Of a DNA stretch of 64,000 nucleotides, positions 38,301 to 51,000 are shown piece after piece. The DNA lies in assembly GCA_030704615.1 (NCBI GenBank), contig CM060731.1, forward strand, positions 52,390,001 to 52,454,000, given 5' to 3'. Both the position numbers and the translations under genes were made by a program. Each line of letters opens with the position of its first letter. Position 1 is the stretch's first letter. The stretch comes from Takakia lepidozioides (taxonomy: Eukaryota; Plantae; Bryophyta). Under the pieces are notes generated by a model that made no database searches, was not told the origin of the DNA, and was given only the letters and a program-made list of their open reading frames with translations.

Positions 38301-41300
38301 GAGTCAGAGAGTATGACTGGAGAGGAGGACTGGATGAGGAGCAGGAAGCTACCCTATTTGCTGCACACCCAGAGTGGGAGCAGGTTGCAGAGATGCGGCT
38401 GGAAAGCCTAAGTTGTTTGAGAGGTATCTGCTGTGGTGTAGTGACAGCAACACCAACTGAAGAAGAAACCAGCATTTACCCATCACATTTCTATGAAGAA
38501 AGAGAAGGAGAAATAGAAATCCTAGAAGAACCAGCCACTGTGAGCTTACAGGATGAAGTGGTGACTGGTTGGACAATCACAGCTGATGAGCAGGTGAGAG
38601 AAGTAAATGTGGGAACTAAGGAGAACCGAGGATGGTGAAAGTAGGAGCTGATTTGGAGCCGGAATTCTTCGAAGAAGCTAAAAGCTTGTTCATCAAATAC
38701 AGAGATGTATTTGCTTGGAGCTATGAGGATCTAAAAGGGATACCACCTGAAGTCTGTCAGCATAAGATTGAACTGGAACCAGGGTCAGTACCAATCAAGC
38801 AGGCGAGGTATAGAATGAATCCCAACTACGCACAGAAGGTTGGAGAAGAGATAAAGAAGTTGGCTGAGGCTAAGTTTATATACCCAATAGAGTATACAAC
38901 TTGGTTGTCACCCATTGTTATAGTTCCCAAGAAGAATGGCAAACTAAGAGTATGTGTGAACTATAAGAAGCTGAATGCTTGTACGAAGAAAGATCCTTTC
39001 CCTTTGCCATTCACAGAAGCAGTATTAGACACTGTGGCAGGCCATGAGATGTACTCATTCATGGATGGCTTCAGTGGTTATAATCAAGTGCAAGTGGCAG
39101 AAGAAGACCAAGGGAAAACAGCTTTCATCACAGACTGGGGGGCTTATGCATACAAAGTCATGCCCTTTGGACTTTGTAATGCACCAGCGACCTTTCAGAG
39201 AGTGATAAGTGAATCTTTTCATGAGTATCTGGATGATTTCATGCAGGTGTTCTTGGATGATTTCAGTGTGTACAGCTCTAAGAATGAGCACTTGCATAAA
39301 TTGGAGTTATGCTTGGCCAGATGCAGGATGAGAGGTCTGGGCCTGAATCCAGAGAAGTGTACTTTCTGTGTGAACTCAGGGGTGCTTCTGGGACACATTG
39401 TGTGTAAAAGGGACTCCTTGTGGATCCCAGAAAGACAGAGTCCATTAAAGCCTCTCCACCACCAGTGAATGTTAAAAGTCTACGAAGATTCCTTGGGCAA
39501 ACCAGTTATTACAGGAGATTTGTCAAAAGGTATGCACAAATAGCAGCACCATTGAGCAAACTACTGAAGAAAGATGCAGTGTTTGCCTGGACAGCTGAAT
39601 GTCAACAGGCATTTGAGGAACTTACACTGTCAGTAACAACTACACCTGTGCTGATTAACCCTCACTGGCATGTAGTATTCCATGTTCACTGCGATGCATC
39701 AGGAGAAGCGTTGGGAGCGGTGTTAGCCCAGAATGTTACAGGGAATATAGATTCACCTGTGTACTATGCTAGCCGGTTGATGAACAGTGCTGAGAGGAAC
39801 TATAGTACAACGGAAAGAGAAGCATTGGCAATGATCTATGCAGTGAAGAAATTCAGGCATTACCTGTTGGGCAAGAAGTTTATGTTCTATGTGGATCACC
39901 AGGCTCTGATATACCTGGTAAACAAACCTCTGATAAGCGGAAGAATAGCAAGATGGTTATAATCTTGCATGAGTTTGAGTTCGAGGTTATTTACAAGCCT
40001 GGCCGTTTGCATCTTGTGGCAGATCATTTGTCACGACTAACAACAGGAGAGGCCGCCACAGGAGTGGACGATCAGTTACCTGATGCGAGTTTATTTGTAA
40101 TGGAGGTGCAAGGAAGTGCAGATGAATGGTTAGATTGGCAGTGGCCAATCAGATACTACCTTGCTCATGGTCAGTGCCCACCTAGTTATGGTAAGGAGCA
40201 GAGGAAGAGAATCGCTATCAAAGCTTTACCTTATACTATGGTAGGAAGCAGAATGTATAAGTTAGGACCTGATGGAGTACTAAAACGATGCTTGTACCAC
40301 CATGAAGTAAATAAAGTTTTGGCGGAAGTTCATAAAGGAGTGGCTGGAGGTCATTTTGGAGAAGAGACTACCAGTAGAAAGATACTACTCGCAGGATACT
40401 GGTGGCCTACTTTGTTCAAAGATGTACACGAGTATTGTCAGAAGTGTGATGAATGTCAGAGGCTAGGACCTTTGCAGAGATCTGGAAGGATGGCCTTGCA
40501 TCCTACAATGCCTACGGAACCATTTCAGAAATGGGGACTAGACTTTGTTGGACCAATTAACCCACCATCCAAGAATACACGAAACAGGTACATAATTACA
40601 GCCACTGATTATACTACAAAGTGGGTGGAAGCTAAAGCTTTGAGGGACAACACAGCCAAGTCCACAGCAAGGTTCCTGTACGAGAACATACTTACACGAT
40701 TTGGCTGTCCCTTAGAATTTATCAGTGATCAAGGAAGTCACTTCATGAATGAGACCATTGAGTTATTGACTAAAGAGTTTATGATTGTGCATAGAAAGAG
40801 TACAACATATTACCCACAGGGTAATGGGCAAGCAGAGGCTACCAACAAAATACTATGTACTATCTTGGCTAAGATAGTCAATGCAAACAGAACGGATTGG
40901 GATACAAAGCTGCTGACAGCTTTGTGGTCATACAGGACTTCATATAAAGTCACCACTAAGTATACACCATTCCAATTAGTTTATGGTATGGAAGCCTTAC
41001 TTCCAGTGGAATTCCTGTTACCTACCATGAGAACGGAGTGGGGAAAAGAATGGAATTGCAAGACTCCATCAAGGTCAGGAAACATGAATTATACCATGTG
41101 GAAGAAGTACGTGCTGATGCAGCTGATAATATGACCAGAATTCAGATGAAGCGAAAGGAACAGTTTGATGAAGGCAAGTTAAAGACTTTTAAGACGGGGG
41201 ATTTGGTTCTATGGTTGCAGAAGAAAGGAAAGATTCAAGCTTCTAAGCTTAAATCACCGTGGAAAGGACCTTATGTCATACAAAAGATGTATGATAACAA

Positions 41301-41577
41301 CACCGCCATGTTACAAACCATTAACAAAGAAATGCTGGGAAGAGTCAATGCAAATAAGTTGAAGGGGTACAGTGGTATCCATGACAAACCCCTGCAGCAT
41401 GATTTGCATGTTGAACCGCAAGAGCAGTCACGGGCTGCACCAGTGTTACGAACGGAGTATGGAACACTTGTCGCTAGGCCCAGCATATATGACCAGGGTG
41501 GGCAAAACAAACGTGACACATCCTATCACAGCCCATCCAAGGCAAAGCACAGCCTATCACAGCCCATCACGACGTGA
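35380..41577 (+). pseudogene. gag-pol of gypsy element (single-base frameshifts, possibly assembly errors)
   Basis: Gag DPDVHISQF...LFPCSL...ASEWY. Knuckles CAKCQNEGHTTTEC, CTICKMDNHSTENC and CYYCNQPGHRKAAC. Protease LIDGGSGVNI. RT DGFSGYNQ, MPFGLCNAPATFQR and VFLDD. RNase H CDASGEALGAVL and YSTTEREALA. Integrase H..GHF..C..CQ, WGLDFVGP, SDQGSHF, YPQGNGQAE and WKGPY. Confidence 0.95.
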
Positions 41578-41795
41578 CACAGCCTATCACAGCCCATCAC
41601 GACGTGACACAGCCTATCACAGCCCAGCACGGCGCAAACAAGCCTATCACACACCATCACACCAGCACGGCGCAACACAGCCTATCACAACCTACCACAG
41701 CGTGTCACAGCCTATCACAGCTTACCACAGTGCATCACACCTATCACAGCGTAACACAGTATGACACAGCCTGTCACAGCTCAACACAGCCTACT
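41510..41795. repeat. CACAGCC(T/C)ATCAC tandem repeats after pol
   Basis: Units such as cacagcctatcacagcccatcacgacgtga. Mirrored at ~53375-53665 in copy 2. Confidence 0.85.
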
Positions 41796-42477
41796 AAAGT
41801 TACACGATCCATAGAATCAGTGACAAGTGGACACATAATAACTTCAGGAAAATGGCTGACGGAAGAGGAAACGGAAATTACTTTAAAAATAGACACGTGG
41901 AGGTCAGGGCGCGACACACAGCCGAGAAGGAAGTGCAAGAACAGGTGTCAAAAAGAAAGAGGACAAGAACGGCCGTCAAAAGGGATGAAAGGCGGGCCCA
42001 TTAATGAGTACGGAAAAAGGGAAACGGAACGAACGGCAAGTACAGAAAAGCCGAATTTTGTCACATGTGTGATCCTAGTGGACTATCCAACAGGGAAAGT
42101 CCACTAAAGAAGATAAATCTAAAATCCAGTCACAGCGGATACAGCCAATAGAAAACCAGAGAAAGGATCAAGAAAATGGAGGGAATTGAGCGCAAGAGGC
42201 GGCGTCGTTCTGAGTAACGGGCGTCTCGACAGGACAGACCATCAATGCTATACTTGGAAACTATGGAGGAACTAACAGACTATACGCTCGCAATATTACT
42301 TACGCAGTGGCATAGACACGAAAGGACAGAGCGGAGCTTTTCTCTTGAGCGATGCTTGCAAGCCCCGCAGGCTTACAAGAAATTACCCATAGCTTTCTGC
42401 GGCAACCATACGTTTATGCTTTGTGCACTACAGGCATTCCTGCAGTTGTTACAGCCAAAACAGTTCGTGAGTCTAAA

Positions 42478-45400
42478 ATGAAGAGAGTGAGAGGAATGGA
42501 GGAAATCAGGGTGAAGAGCACCACAATTCTGCAGAAACAAACGATTGCTACCCCACAGGCGATACAGATACTGGAGGAGCTGAGATTGCAAGGATTGCAA
42601 AGCCTAGATTGGACACTACACCATAGACAGTACATGTTACAATTTTTGCAGAACTTTGAGCCAAGGACAGGAACAACAACGGTGAAGGGAGTTGAATTAA
42701 TGATTACTCCCCTATACCTCCAGCAATTGTTTCGATTGCCAGCAGGTCAGGTGCATGTGGAGGACACAGGGCAAGACTGCAAATAGGGGACTTATTCCAA
42801 GAAGGGAGTTTCTTTAAAACTCAGGGTTATGCTTGTACCAAGGCTGTGTACCCAGGGTTAAAGAGGTAGGCCAGGTATTGAACGTTCTGATTGCCATGAA
42901 ACAGAACCAACAGTATTTTGAGCAGATCCTTCACGGAGGAAATACTCAAAGGCCTGAAGGGACAAGAGGTACAATGGGCGGACATAATGTACAACGCACT
43001 GGTAGAGGAGATGAAAAGATTACAAGGTACTACCGCAAAGTCTCCTATAATAGTGTCTGGCCCAATCATTGCTCAAATAATCCTTGATTCTGGCATACTT
43101 AATGCGCAAGAAAGAAAGGAAATGGGAGTGTTTGAGCCAGAAACAACTGCAATGGAAGAGCAAGGCTCTTCACACAGTGAGGGTGGACTAGCAGCACAAC
43201 CCGAGACTAAGAGGCAGAGACGGGGAAAGACTGTAGTGGCGGATCCACTGGCTTCACGGATTCCGCATGATAATGTTTCCCAAGCTCATGGCCAGGAAGG
43301 GGCACAGCAGCACAGAGAAATGCTATTACTGGAAGCAGGACCTTCAGAGAGGGAGGAGGAAGTTACTTCTGCATCACAACCATCACAGCCACTGAACGAC
43401 TTGTCACAAGGTCACAAGTTATCCATGCAGCTCAACCAGAAATAATTGATTTGGAAAGTGAAGGGTTAGATATTCCAACTACAGAACAGATAGTGGCAGA
43501 AATAGAGAAGGGGGACCTTCTCTATGAATTTCTGGTCTGGTCAAGGAGACAGAAATCCCAGAGGTGCAACAGTTGCCCAAGGGAAATCCTGAGGTGCATA
43601 TAATACACACACCTGTGTCGGAGGTACCACAGGCGGAAGGTCATGACACTGTAGCACCGGTGATAGATGAAGTAGTTCAGGAAGAAAATCCGGTGGGACA
43701 ATGGCCTGAATGGTTAGTGAGACATCACACTGTTGAAGATCAGGAGGAACAGCAGCAACCTCACCATGATGACCCTCAACAGGCAATGCTGATGAGTTCC
43801 ATAGGCAGGACACTTAATTTGTTGGGGACTTATGTCAAATCCCATGTTCCAATTACCCAATTGACAGCCTTGAAAGAGGAACTCAGGAAGGAGTTTGAGG
43901 CTCGACTTGCCACTGAGTGTGCAAACAAGGTCGATGAAGAGGTCACTCTCAAGATGAAGCAGGACTTGGGAAATACAGAAATGGCTTTGCAATTGGCCAA
44001 GCAACAATTGATTGAGGCAGGCCTCGCGCAAGACCAGTTGCACGAAGCACATAAGCAACAGCTATACCAAATGCAGGTGCAGCATGAAAGCAAGTTGCAA
44101 GAACTGAATGCACTACATACGGAGTTGCAGACAGTGCATAACAGAATGGCGATACAATGTGCTACATTTACAACTATGCTTGACCAATCAACAAAAGAAA
44201 TAAACAGTCAAGCGGAAAAATGTACGAAGGCAGAAGAAGAGAATGTTGAGCAAATGAAGCTCATTGTCGATATGAAGAATACAATCTGTCGCAATGAAGA
44301 TACTTTCAAGCAATACAGGCAGATTGAAGCTGATCAAGAGAAGCACATCGTGGAGTTGCAACAAACCATCATGGCCAATAGAAATGAAATCGCGGTCAAT
44401 AACAAGGCTTGGAAGGAAGCCAATAATCTACTTGCTGCTTATGCGCAATTGGTTGAACCTCAGGCGAAGCGCATGGAGGCTTTACAACAGCAGTTGGAAT
44501 TGTACAAGCTAAGAGAGGAGCAAACTCTCAGGGGAACCACAAGCAACTTGGTGGATAACAGCCTTATGCAGGTCTGGTTAGCACAAGGGCCAGTAGAGGG
44601 CAAAGCACCACGGAAGCTCACCCAAAGCGAGATGAATGAGCTCAGGCTGCAGGTGCAGAACATTGCCACAAACTACTATAGACAATGTCTATAGTAGGAT
44701 AGCAGAGTTACAAGAGGATGTAGACGGACTCCAGACTCAAGTGGAAGACCTCACTTCAAACATCGACCAAAGAGTCTATATCCCTCAGGAACAGCTAATG
44801 GCTTCTTATTTACAAGCCAGAACTTTGGCTTTTCAGTCTTCACAGGAGGTGCAGGAGATGCCAATGATACAAGAGCCAGTACCACCACCACCACAACAAG
44901 TCACTGTACCAGTAGCTGAACCTGTGGTTACTACAACCACACCACAGCCACCACAGCCGGAGGTATGGGGCAATGCCGCTTTTAACCCACCTAAAACTCC
45001 AGCTGCAGGGAGTACAGTAGGGCTATGATTATGCCCTTCAACCAAATTCCCATCATGTTGGATTTGGCTTGGAAAGAATTTAGTCCTCCGCAGTCATTCG
45101 CACATTACTACCAAATCATGCGTATTTGGCTGCCAGTGGCAACTAGGACTAAAGTTCTTCCGAACAATCGACATATTGAAGATCATCACTTTGCACAATA
45201 CTGGCACGAGGCAGGTACCATGTTGAGGGAATTGATTGCTTTCCAGGTTGTACATGGACTCATTTATACCAAGACCAAGGAGATAGCAAGTATTGTCATG
45301 GGGTGCGGGTTATACTACGCTGCTTGTTTTCTGGTACGTTACCACATTGAGCAACAAAAGATGCAAACACGCTTTCAAAGTTATCCAGTGGAGATCATTG

Positions 45401-46019
45401 GGTATTACCTTCGGTGCCACCTCATATGTACCTATATGACCCAAAAGTTATGATGCAAAAGGATTCTCAAATTCGTTCATGGTTTCAAGCGGCCTGCAAC
45501 CATTTGTCAACACAGAAATTCGGCATTGATGACATTTTCTATAAGGGACATGTGCATGAAATACTTGCACGCTGCACCAGTAATTGGTACCCACTCACCT
45601 GGACAGACAAGGAGCTCAGTGTCTACACCAATTTTGCTGTTCAGCGGTTACACCATGTTGTAAAATACAAACTTCCAGACATGGTAGGACAGCATTGTAT
45701 GCCCCAGATGATTCCACAAAAAGTTCGAAAATTAAAACACCTGAGAGGCGATGAGGATTCTGATACAACTGTTTCTTCACCGAATTCTTTTGACATGGGA
45801 GAAGACTATGCAATTCAGATGGCAGAGAAGAAGCGACGGGGGTCTCCTATGCCGGAAAGGTTACCTCGATATCAGCCTCCAGAGGGCCTCACTTATCCAG
45901 GTAGAATCAACCATCTCCGTCAACCAGAGACAGACCTCGGGCTCGTACACACAGTCCGCCACGAAACTCTCAACCAAGAAGGTGCTCACTCACAAAGGTT
46001 TGCTAGTCGAAATCAGTAA
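42478..46019 (+). pseudogene. Large sense-strand 3' accessory ORF (~1150 aa when frameshifts are bridged): plant-transposon-type N-terminal domain, long coiled coil, unknown C-terminal domain
   Basis: Chain of ORFs 42352-42786, 42918-43445, 43564-44694, 44636-45028, 45025-45453 and 45414-46019. The same peptides occur in copy 2 with breaks partly at different places. The motif QFLQNF...TVKGVELMITP..LQQLFRLP...VQWADIMY resembles LTR extra-ORF domains. Confidence 0.75.
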
Positions 46020-46040
46020 ACCGTGAGGACACGGCTTTTT

Positions 46041-46054
46041 GAGGGGGGAAGGGG
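46041..46054 (+). promoter_or_regulatory. Polypurine tract
   Basis: GAGGGGGGAAGGGG lies 3 nt before the 3' LTR. Confidence 0.9.
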
Positions 46055-46057
46055 TAA

Positions 46058-47102
46058 TGTTAGAGGACTGTCGGGGACTTAGACACTTATACGGGATCTG
46101 TAGGGTACCCTTAATTTTTGCACAGACTGAGACCAACAGAACCTTAGGGACAGCAGCGCACTGTAGAGGGGGTTACACAGCCCAACACGGTCGTCACAGC
46201 CAACACAGCCAACACAACCACACAGCCCGTCACAGTCGTCACACAACACAGCCGACACAGCCACACAGCCCGTCACAGTCGTCACAGCCGACACAGCCGC
46301 CAACACAGCCCGTCACAGTCGTCACACAGCCAACACAGCCACACAGCCCGTCACAGTCATCACAGCAGACACACAGCCCGACACAGCCACACACAGCCCG
46401 ACACAGCCACACACAGTCGCACACCAGTCCACACACCCGTCACAGTTTCACACAGTCAGTCACAGCTTGACACAGCTGTCACGATCATAGGAACGAAGAG
46501 TAGGACAGGGAACGACTGTGGGGAACAACACCTGCGAAGGGAACATGTTAGTTCACAGACGACGGGTTAGTGAGGGAAACGGTTAGAACCGCGGATAGGA
46601 AGATAAAGGGAGAAATGGGGAATTGAGGGATCATTCGGAGGAGGACTTCTTGGGTGATAGAGGAGAGGGGATCGGGCAGAATGAGGAACGGAAGTGAAGG
46701 AGAGAGATGATGAGTAGATGCTTGTTATATGCAAGGCTGTAATGATATTGTAGAGCAGATTAGAGACACAATGGCTTCGGCCTGATACCTGATAAATCAT
46801 AATCGGATACTTTTACGATACAATCACACTGTGTAGAGAGATCTGAGTGAAGCTGTGAATGAATGGATGAGTGATGGAATCCAATAGATTGATAAAGCAA
46901 ACTGATACTTAATTATCAATGGTAAGATAGCTAAACATGAATACCAAAAGGAAAACAAATAGGAAACACCCCCATGATACACTAGCTGTAGGTCATGACT
47001 GATTGTTCTGCGCGGGCTGAGTACTTAGAGATTTCCAACTCTTCTATCTTGGAGTTTCCGCCTCGAATAGCGAAGGGATGGGTGAGTAAAAGCCGCGCGA
47101 CA
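46058..47102 (+). repeat. 3' LTR
   Basis: Matches 33788-34770; the CACAG array is longer. Confidence 0.95.
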
Positions 47103-48027
47103 TGTGGGGCCTGGACGGCTGTGCCATGATCTGTGTGGGCCTGCTGGGCTGTGGTGGCCCATGTTGACCTTTGAGCCCTGTGCTGACTCTGAGGCAGTGG
47201 TGGACTGCCTAAGGACTGGCATGTGGTCTTGAAGGCCAATTTGAAGCTCTGGAGGGCGTTTTGAGGAGTATCTCATGATATTCCCATGGTCATGCACAGT
47301 GAGGGAAGAGATGAGAAAAAGAGTGTTGGATGAGGGCATGCTGGGGTTAGGCATTGCTTTAGAGCTTCTCTTCTTGTGTTTTGTCCACCCTCGCATTAGG
47401 CCAAGACCTTTCCGTAGTGGAGGCAAGAGTAAGTCCGGGTTGGACTGGGTGTCCTTGCAGGAGCCACACCGTGGAGTTGTTGGTGTGGGGGAGTTGTCGT
47501 TCTGATTTCTGTGTTTGGATCCCCTCCATACCTGCCGCTTGACTGTGCGCCATGTTAGTTTTGTGTGAGCGCTTGTTTTATAGTGATTGGTCCGGATTTG
47601 ATCACTGGCTAGTCCTAGAGCATGCTGTCGATGGTGAGGCTAGGATGATGACTAGTCAGACCATCATTGTTTCTCCTGTGGTGAGGTTGGAGAGGATGAC
47701 CAGCCAACCATAGAAGTGCTTGCGGTGGATGCAGGTACGTTGAGGCTATATTAGGAACCTAGTATTCCAAATCATAAGCCGCAACAGGTTCTCTGACAAC
47801 TATCTACCTGGTTACCTGTGGAGAGGGGATTAGGGACATGTCATGACCGGTTGAGTACAGTTTGGTTCACCACGGAGGTGCCACTAGTTTTTGGGACAGC
47901 ACTAGCGGTAACTAGTTGGTACCGAACGAGGTGTGCGGTTTAGGCCACCTTCACCTCCGTGTCTTCTACGGAAGGTTCTGATTCAGATTGTGAATCAGGA
48001 GACTCATATACCGGCTGTGCAAGTTGT
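47103..48027 (+). mobile_element. Second DNMT-family member: rest of putative LTR and first gag codons
   Basis: 47400-48020 is reverse-complement homologous to 19445-20060 and encodes RGVRFRPPSP as in ORF 19333-19599. Cut by the insertion at 48028. Confidence 0.85.
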
Positions 48028-51000
48028 TGTCGCGCGGCTTTTACTCACCCATCCCTTCGCTATCCGAGGCGGAAACTCCAAGATAGAAGAGTTGGAAATC
48101 TCTAAGTACTCAGCCCGCGCAGAACAATCAGTCATGACCTACAGCTAGTGTATCATGGGGGTGTTTCCTATTTGTTTCCCTTTTCCGCATTCATCTTAGC
48201 TACCTACCATTGATAATTAAGTATCAGTTTGCTTCATCAATTTATCGGTTTCCTTAACTCCTCCATTCAATCCACAGCTTCACTCAGATCTCTCTACACA
48301 GTGTGATTGTATCGTATAAGTATCAGATTATGATTTATCAGGTATCAGGCCGAAGCCATTATGTCTCTATCTTCTTTCCTACTATATCACTATAGCTTTG
48401 CATATAACAAGCATCTACTAATCCTCTTTTTCCTCCTCATCGTGCTCTCCGATCTCCGCTCCCGCCTGACTCCGAAGTCCTCCCCGAATAATGATCCCCT
48501 TCTTCATTCCCCGTTTTCCCTTTATCCTCCTATCCGCGGTTCTAACCGTTTCCCTCTCTAACCGTCGTATGTGAACTAACATGTTCCCTTCACAGGTGTT
48601 GTTCCCCACAGTCGCCCTGTCCTACTCTTCGTTCCCTATTATCGTGACAGCTGTGTCAAGCGGTGACTGGCTGTGTTTGGCTGTGTCGGGCTGTGACTGG
48701 CTGTGTGGGCTGTGCGGGCTGTGTCTGCTGTGACGACTGTGACGCTGTGTGGGCTGTGTGGCTGTGACGACTGTGACGGGCTGTGTGGGCTGTGACGGCT
48801 GTGTGGGCTGTGTGGGCTGTGACGACTGTGACGGGCTGTGTGGGCTGTGACGGCTTGTGTGTGGCTGTGTGGGCTGTGACGACTGTGACGGCTGTGTGGC
48901 GTGACGCTGTGTGGGCTGTGTGCTGTGACGACTGTGACGGGCTGTGTGGGCTGTGTGGGCTGTGACGGCTGTGTGGGCTATGTAACCCCCCTCTACAGTG
49001 CGCTGCTGTCACCCCTAAGGTTCCTGTTTGTCTCAGTCTGTGCAAAAATTAAGGGTACCCTACAGATCCCGTATAAGTGTCTAAGTCCCCTACAGTCCTC
49101 TAACATTACCCCTTCCTCCCTCAAAAAACCGTGTCCTCACGGTTTACTGTTTCTGAGTAGCAACCCTTTGTGAGTGAGCACCTTGTTGACGTTGAGAGTT
49201 TCGTGGCGGGCTGTGTGTACGAGCCCGAGGTCTGTCTCTGGTTGACGGAGATGGTTGATCTTACCTGGATAAGTGAGGCCTTCTGGAGGCTGATATCGAG
49301 GTAATCTTTCCGGCATAGGAGATCCCCTTTGTTTCTTCTCTTCCATCTGAATTGCATAGTCTTCTCCCATGTCAAAAGAATTCTGTGAAGAAACAGTTGT
49401 ATCAGAATCCTCATCGCCTCTCAGGTGTTTTAATTTTCGAACTTTTTGTGGAATCATCTTGGGCATACAATGCTGTCCTACCATGTCTGGAAGTTTGCAT
49501 TACACCTGGTGTAACCGTTGAACAGCAAAATTGGTGTAGACACTGAGCTCCTTGTCTGTCCAGATGAGTGGGGTACCAATTACTGGTGCAGCGTGCAAGT
49601 ATTCCATGCGATATGTCCCTTATAGAAATGTCATCAAGTCCGAATTTCTGTGTTGACAAATTGTTGCAGGCTGCTTGAAACCATGAACGAATTTGAGAAT
49701 CCTTCTGTATCATAACTTTTGGGTCATATAGGTACATATGAGGTGGCACCGAAGGTAATACCCAATGATCTCCACTGGAGTAACTTTGAAAGCGTGCTTG
49801 CATCTTTTGTTGCTCTATGTGGTAACGTATCAGAAAACAAGCAGCGTAGTATAGCCCGCACCCCATGACAATACTTGCTATCTCCTTGGTCTTGGTATAA
49901 ATGAGTCCATGTACAACCTGGAAAGCAACCAATTCCCTCAACATGGTACCTGCCTCGTGCCAGTATTGTGCAAAGTGATGATCTTCAATATGTCGATTGT
50001 TGGAAGAACTTTAGTCCTGGTTGCCACTGGCAGCCAAATACGCATGATTTGGTAGTAATGTGCGAATGACTGCGGAGGACTAAATTCTTTCCAAGCCAAA
50101 TCCAACATGATGGGAATTTGGTTGAAGGGCATAATCATAGCCCTACTGTACTCCCTGGCAGCTGGAGTTTTAGGTGGGTTAAAAGCTGCATTGCCCCATA
50201 CCTCCGGCTGTGGTGGCTGTGGTGTGGTTGTAGTAACCACAGGTTCAGCTACTGGTACACTGACCTGTTGTGGGTGGTGGTACTGGTTCCTGTACCATTG
50301 GCATCTCCTGCACCTCCTGTGAAGACTGAAAAGCCAGAGTTCTGGCTTGCAAATAAGAAGCCATTAGCTGTTCCTGAGGGATATAGACTCTTTGGTCGAT
50401 GTTTGAAGTGAGGTCTTCCACTTGAGTCTGGAGTCCGTCTACATCCTCTTGTAACTCTGCTATCCTACTATAGACATTGTCTATAGTAGTTGTGGCAATG
50501 TTCTGCACCTGCAGTCTGAGCTCATTCATCTCGCTTTGGGTGAGCTTCCGTGGGCTTTTGCCCTCTACTGGCCCTTGTGCTAACCAGACCTGCATAAGGC
50601 TGTTATCCACCAAGCTGCTTGTGGTTCCCCTGAGAGTTTGCTCTCTCTTAGCTTGTACAATTCCAACTGCTGTTGTAAAGCCTCCATGCGCTTCGCCTGT
50701 GGCTCAACCAATTGCGCATATGCAGCAAGTAGATTATTGGCTTCCTTCGAAGCCTTGTTACTGACCGCGATTTCATTTCTATTGGCCACGATGGTTTGTT
50801 GCAACTCCACGATGTATTTCTCTTGCTCAGCTTCCATCTGCCTGTATTGCTTGAAAGTATCTTCATTGCGACAGATTGTATTCTTCATATCGACAATGAG
50901 CTTCATGTGCTCCACATTCTCTTCTTCTGCCTTCGTACATTTTTCCGCTTGACTGTTTATTTCTTTTGTTGATTGGTCAAGCATAGTTGTAAATGTAGCG

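Larger units (their letters stand above)
33788..47102 (+). mobile_element. Full-length Ty3/gypsy LTR retrotransposon (non-chromovirus type, with extra ORFs), 13.3 kb
   Basis: Highly similar LTRs TGTTAGAGG...CGCGACA at 33788-34770 and 46058-47102. PBS TGGCGACCATACTGGGGA and PPT GAGGGGGGAAGGGG. Domain order PR-RT-RH-INT. Flanked by TGTG/TGTG. Confidence 0.97.

Noticed and set aside
41510-41795. CRISPR-like array or RAG RSS heptamers
   Set aside because: The repeats are degenerate tandem units with no unique spacers, cas genes or nonamers, in a eukaryotic TE context.
46175-46480. Cys-rich metallothionein-like or His/Ser/Gln-rich ORFs (e.g. 46239-46436, 48783-48965, 33208-33690)
   Set aside because: They are translations of the CACAG/CTGTG minisatellite.
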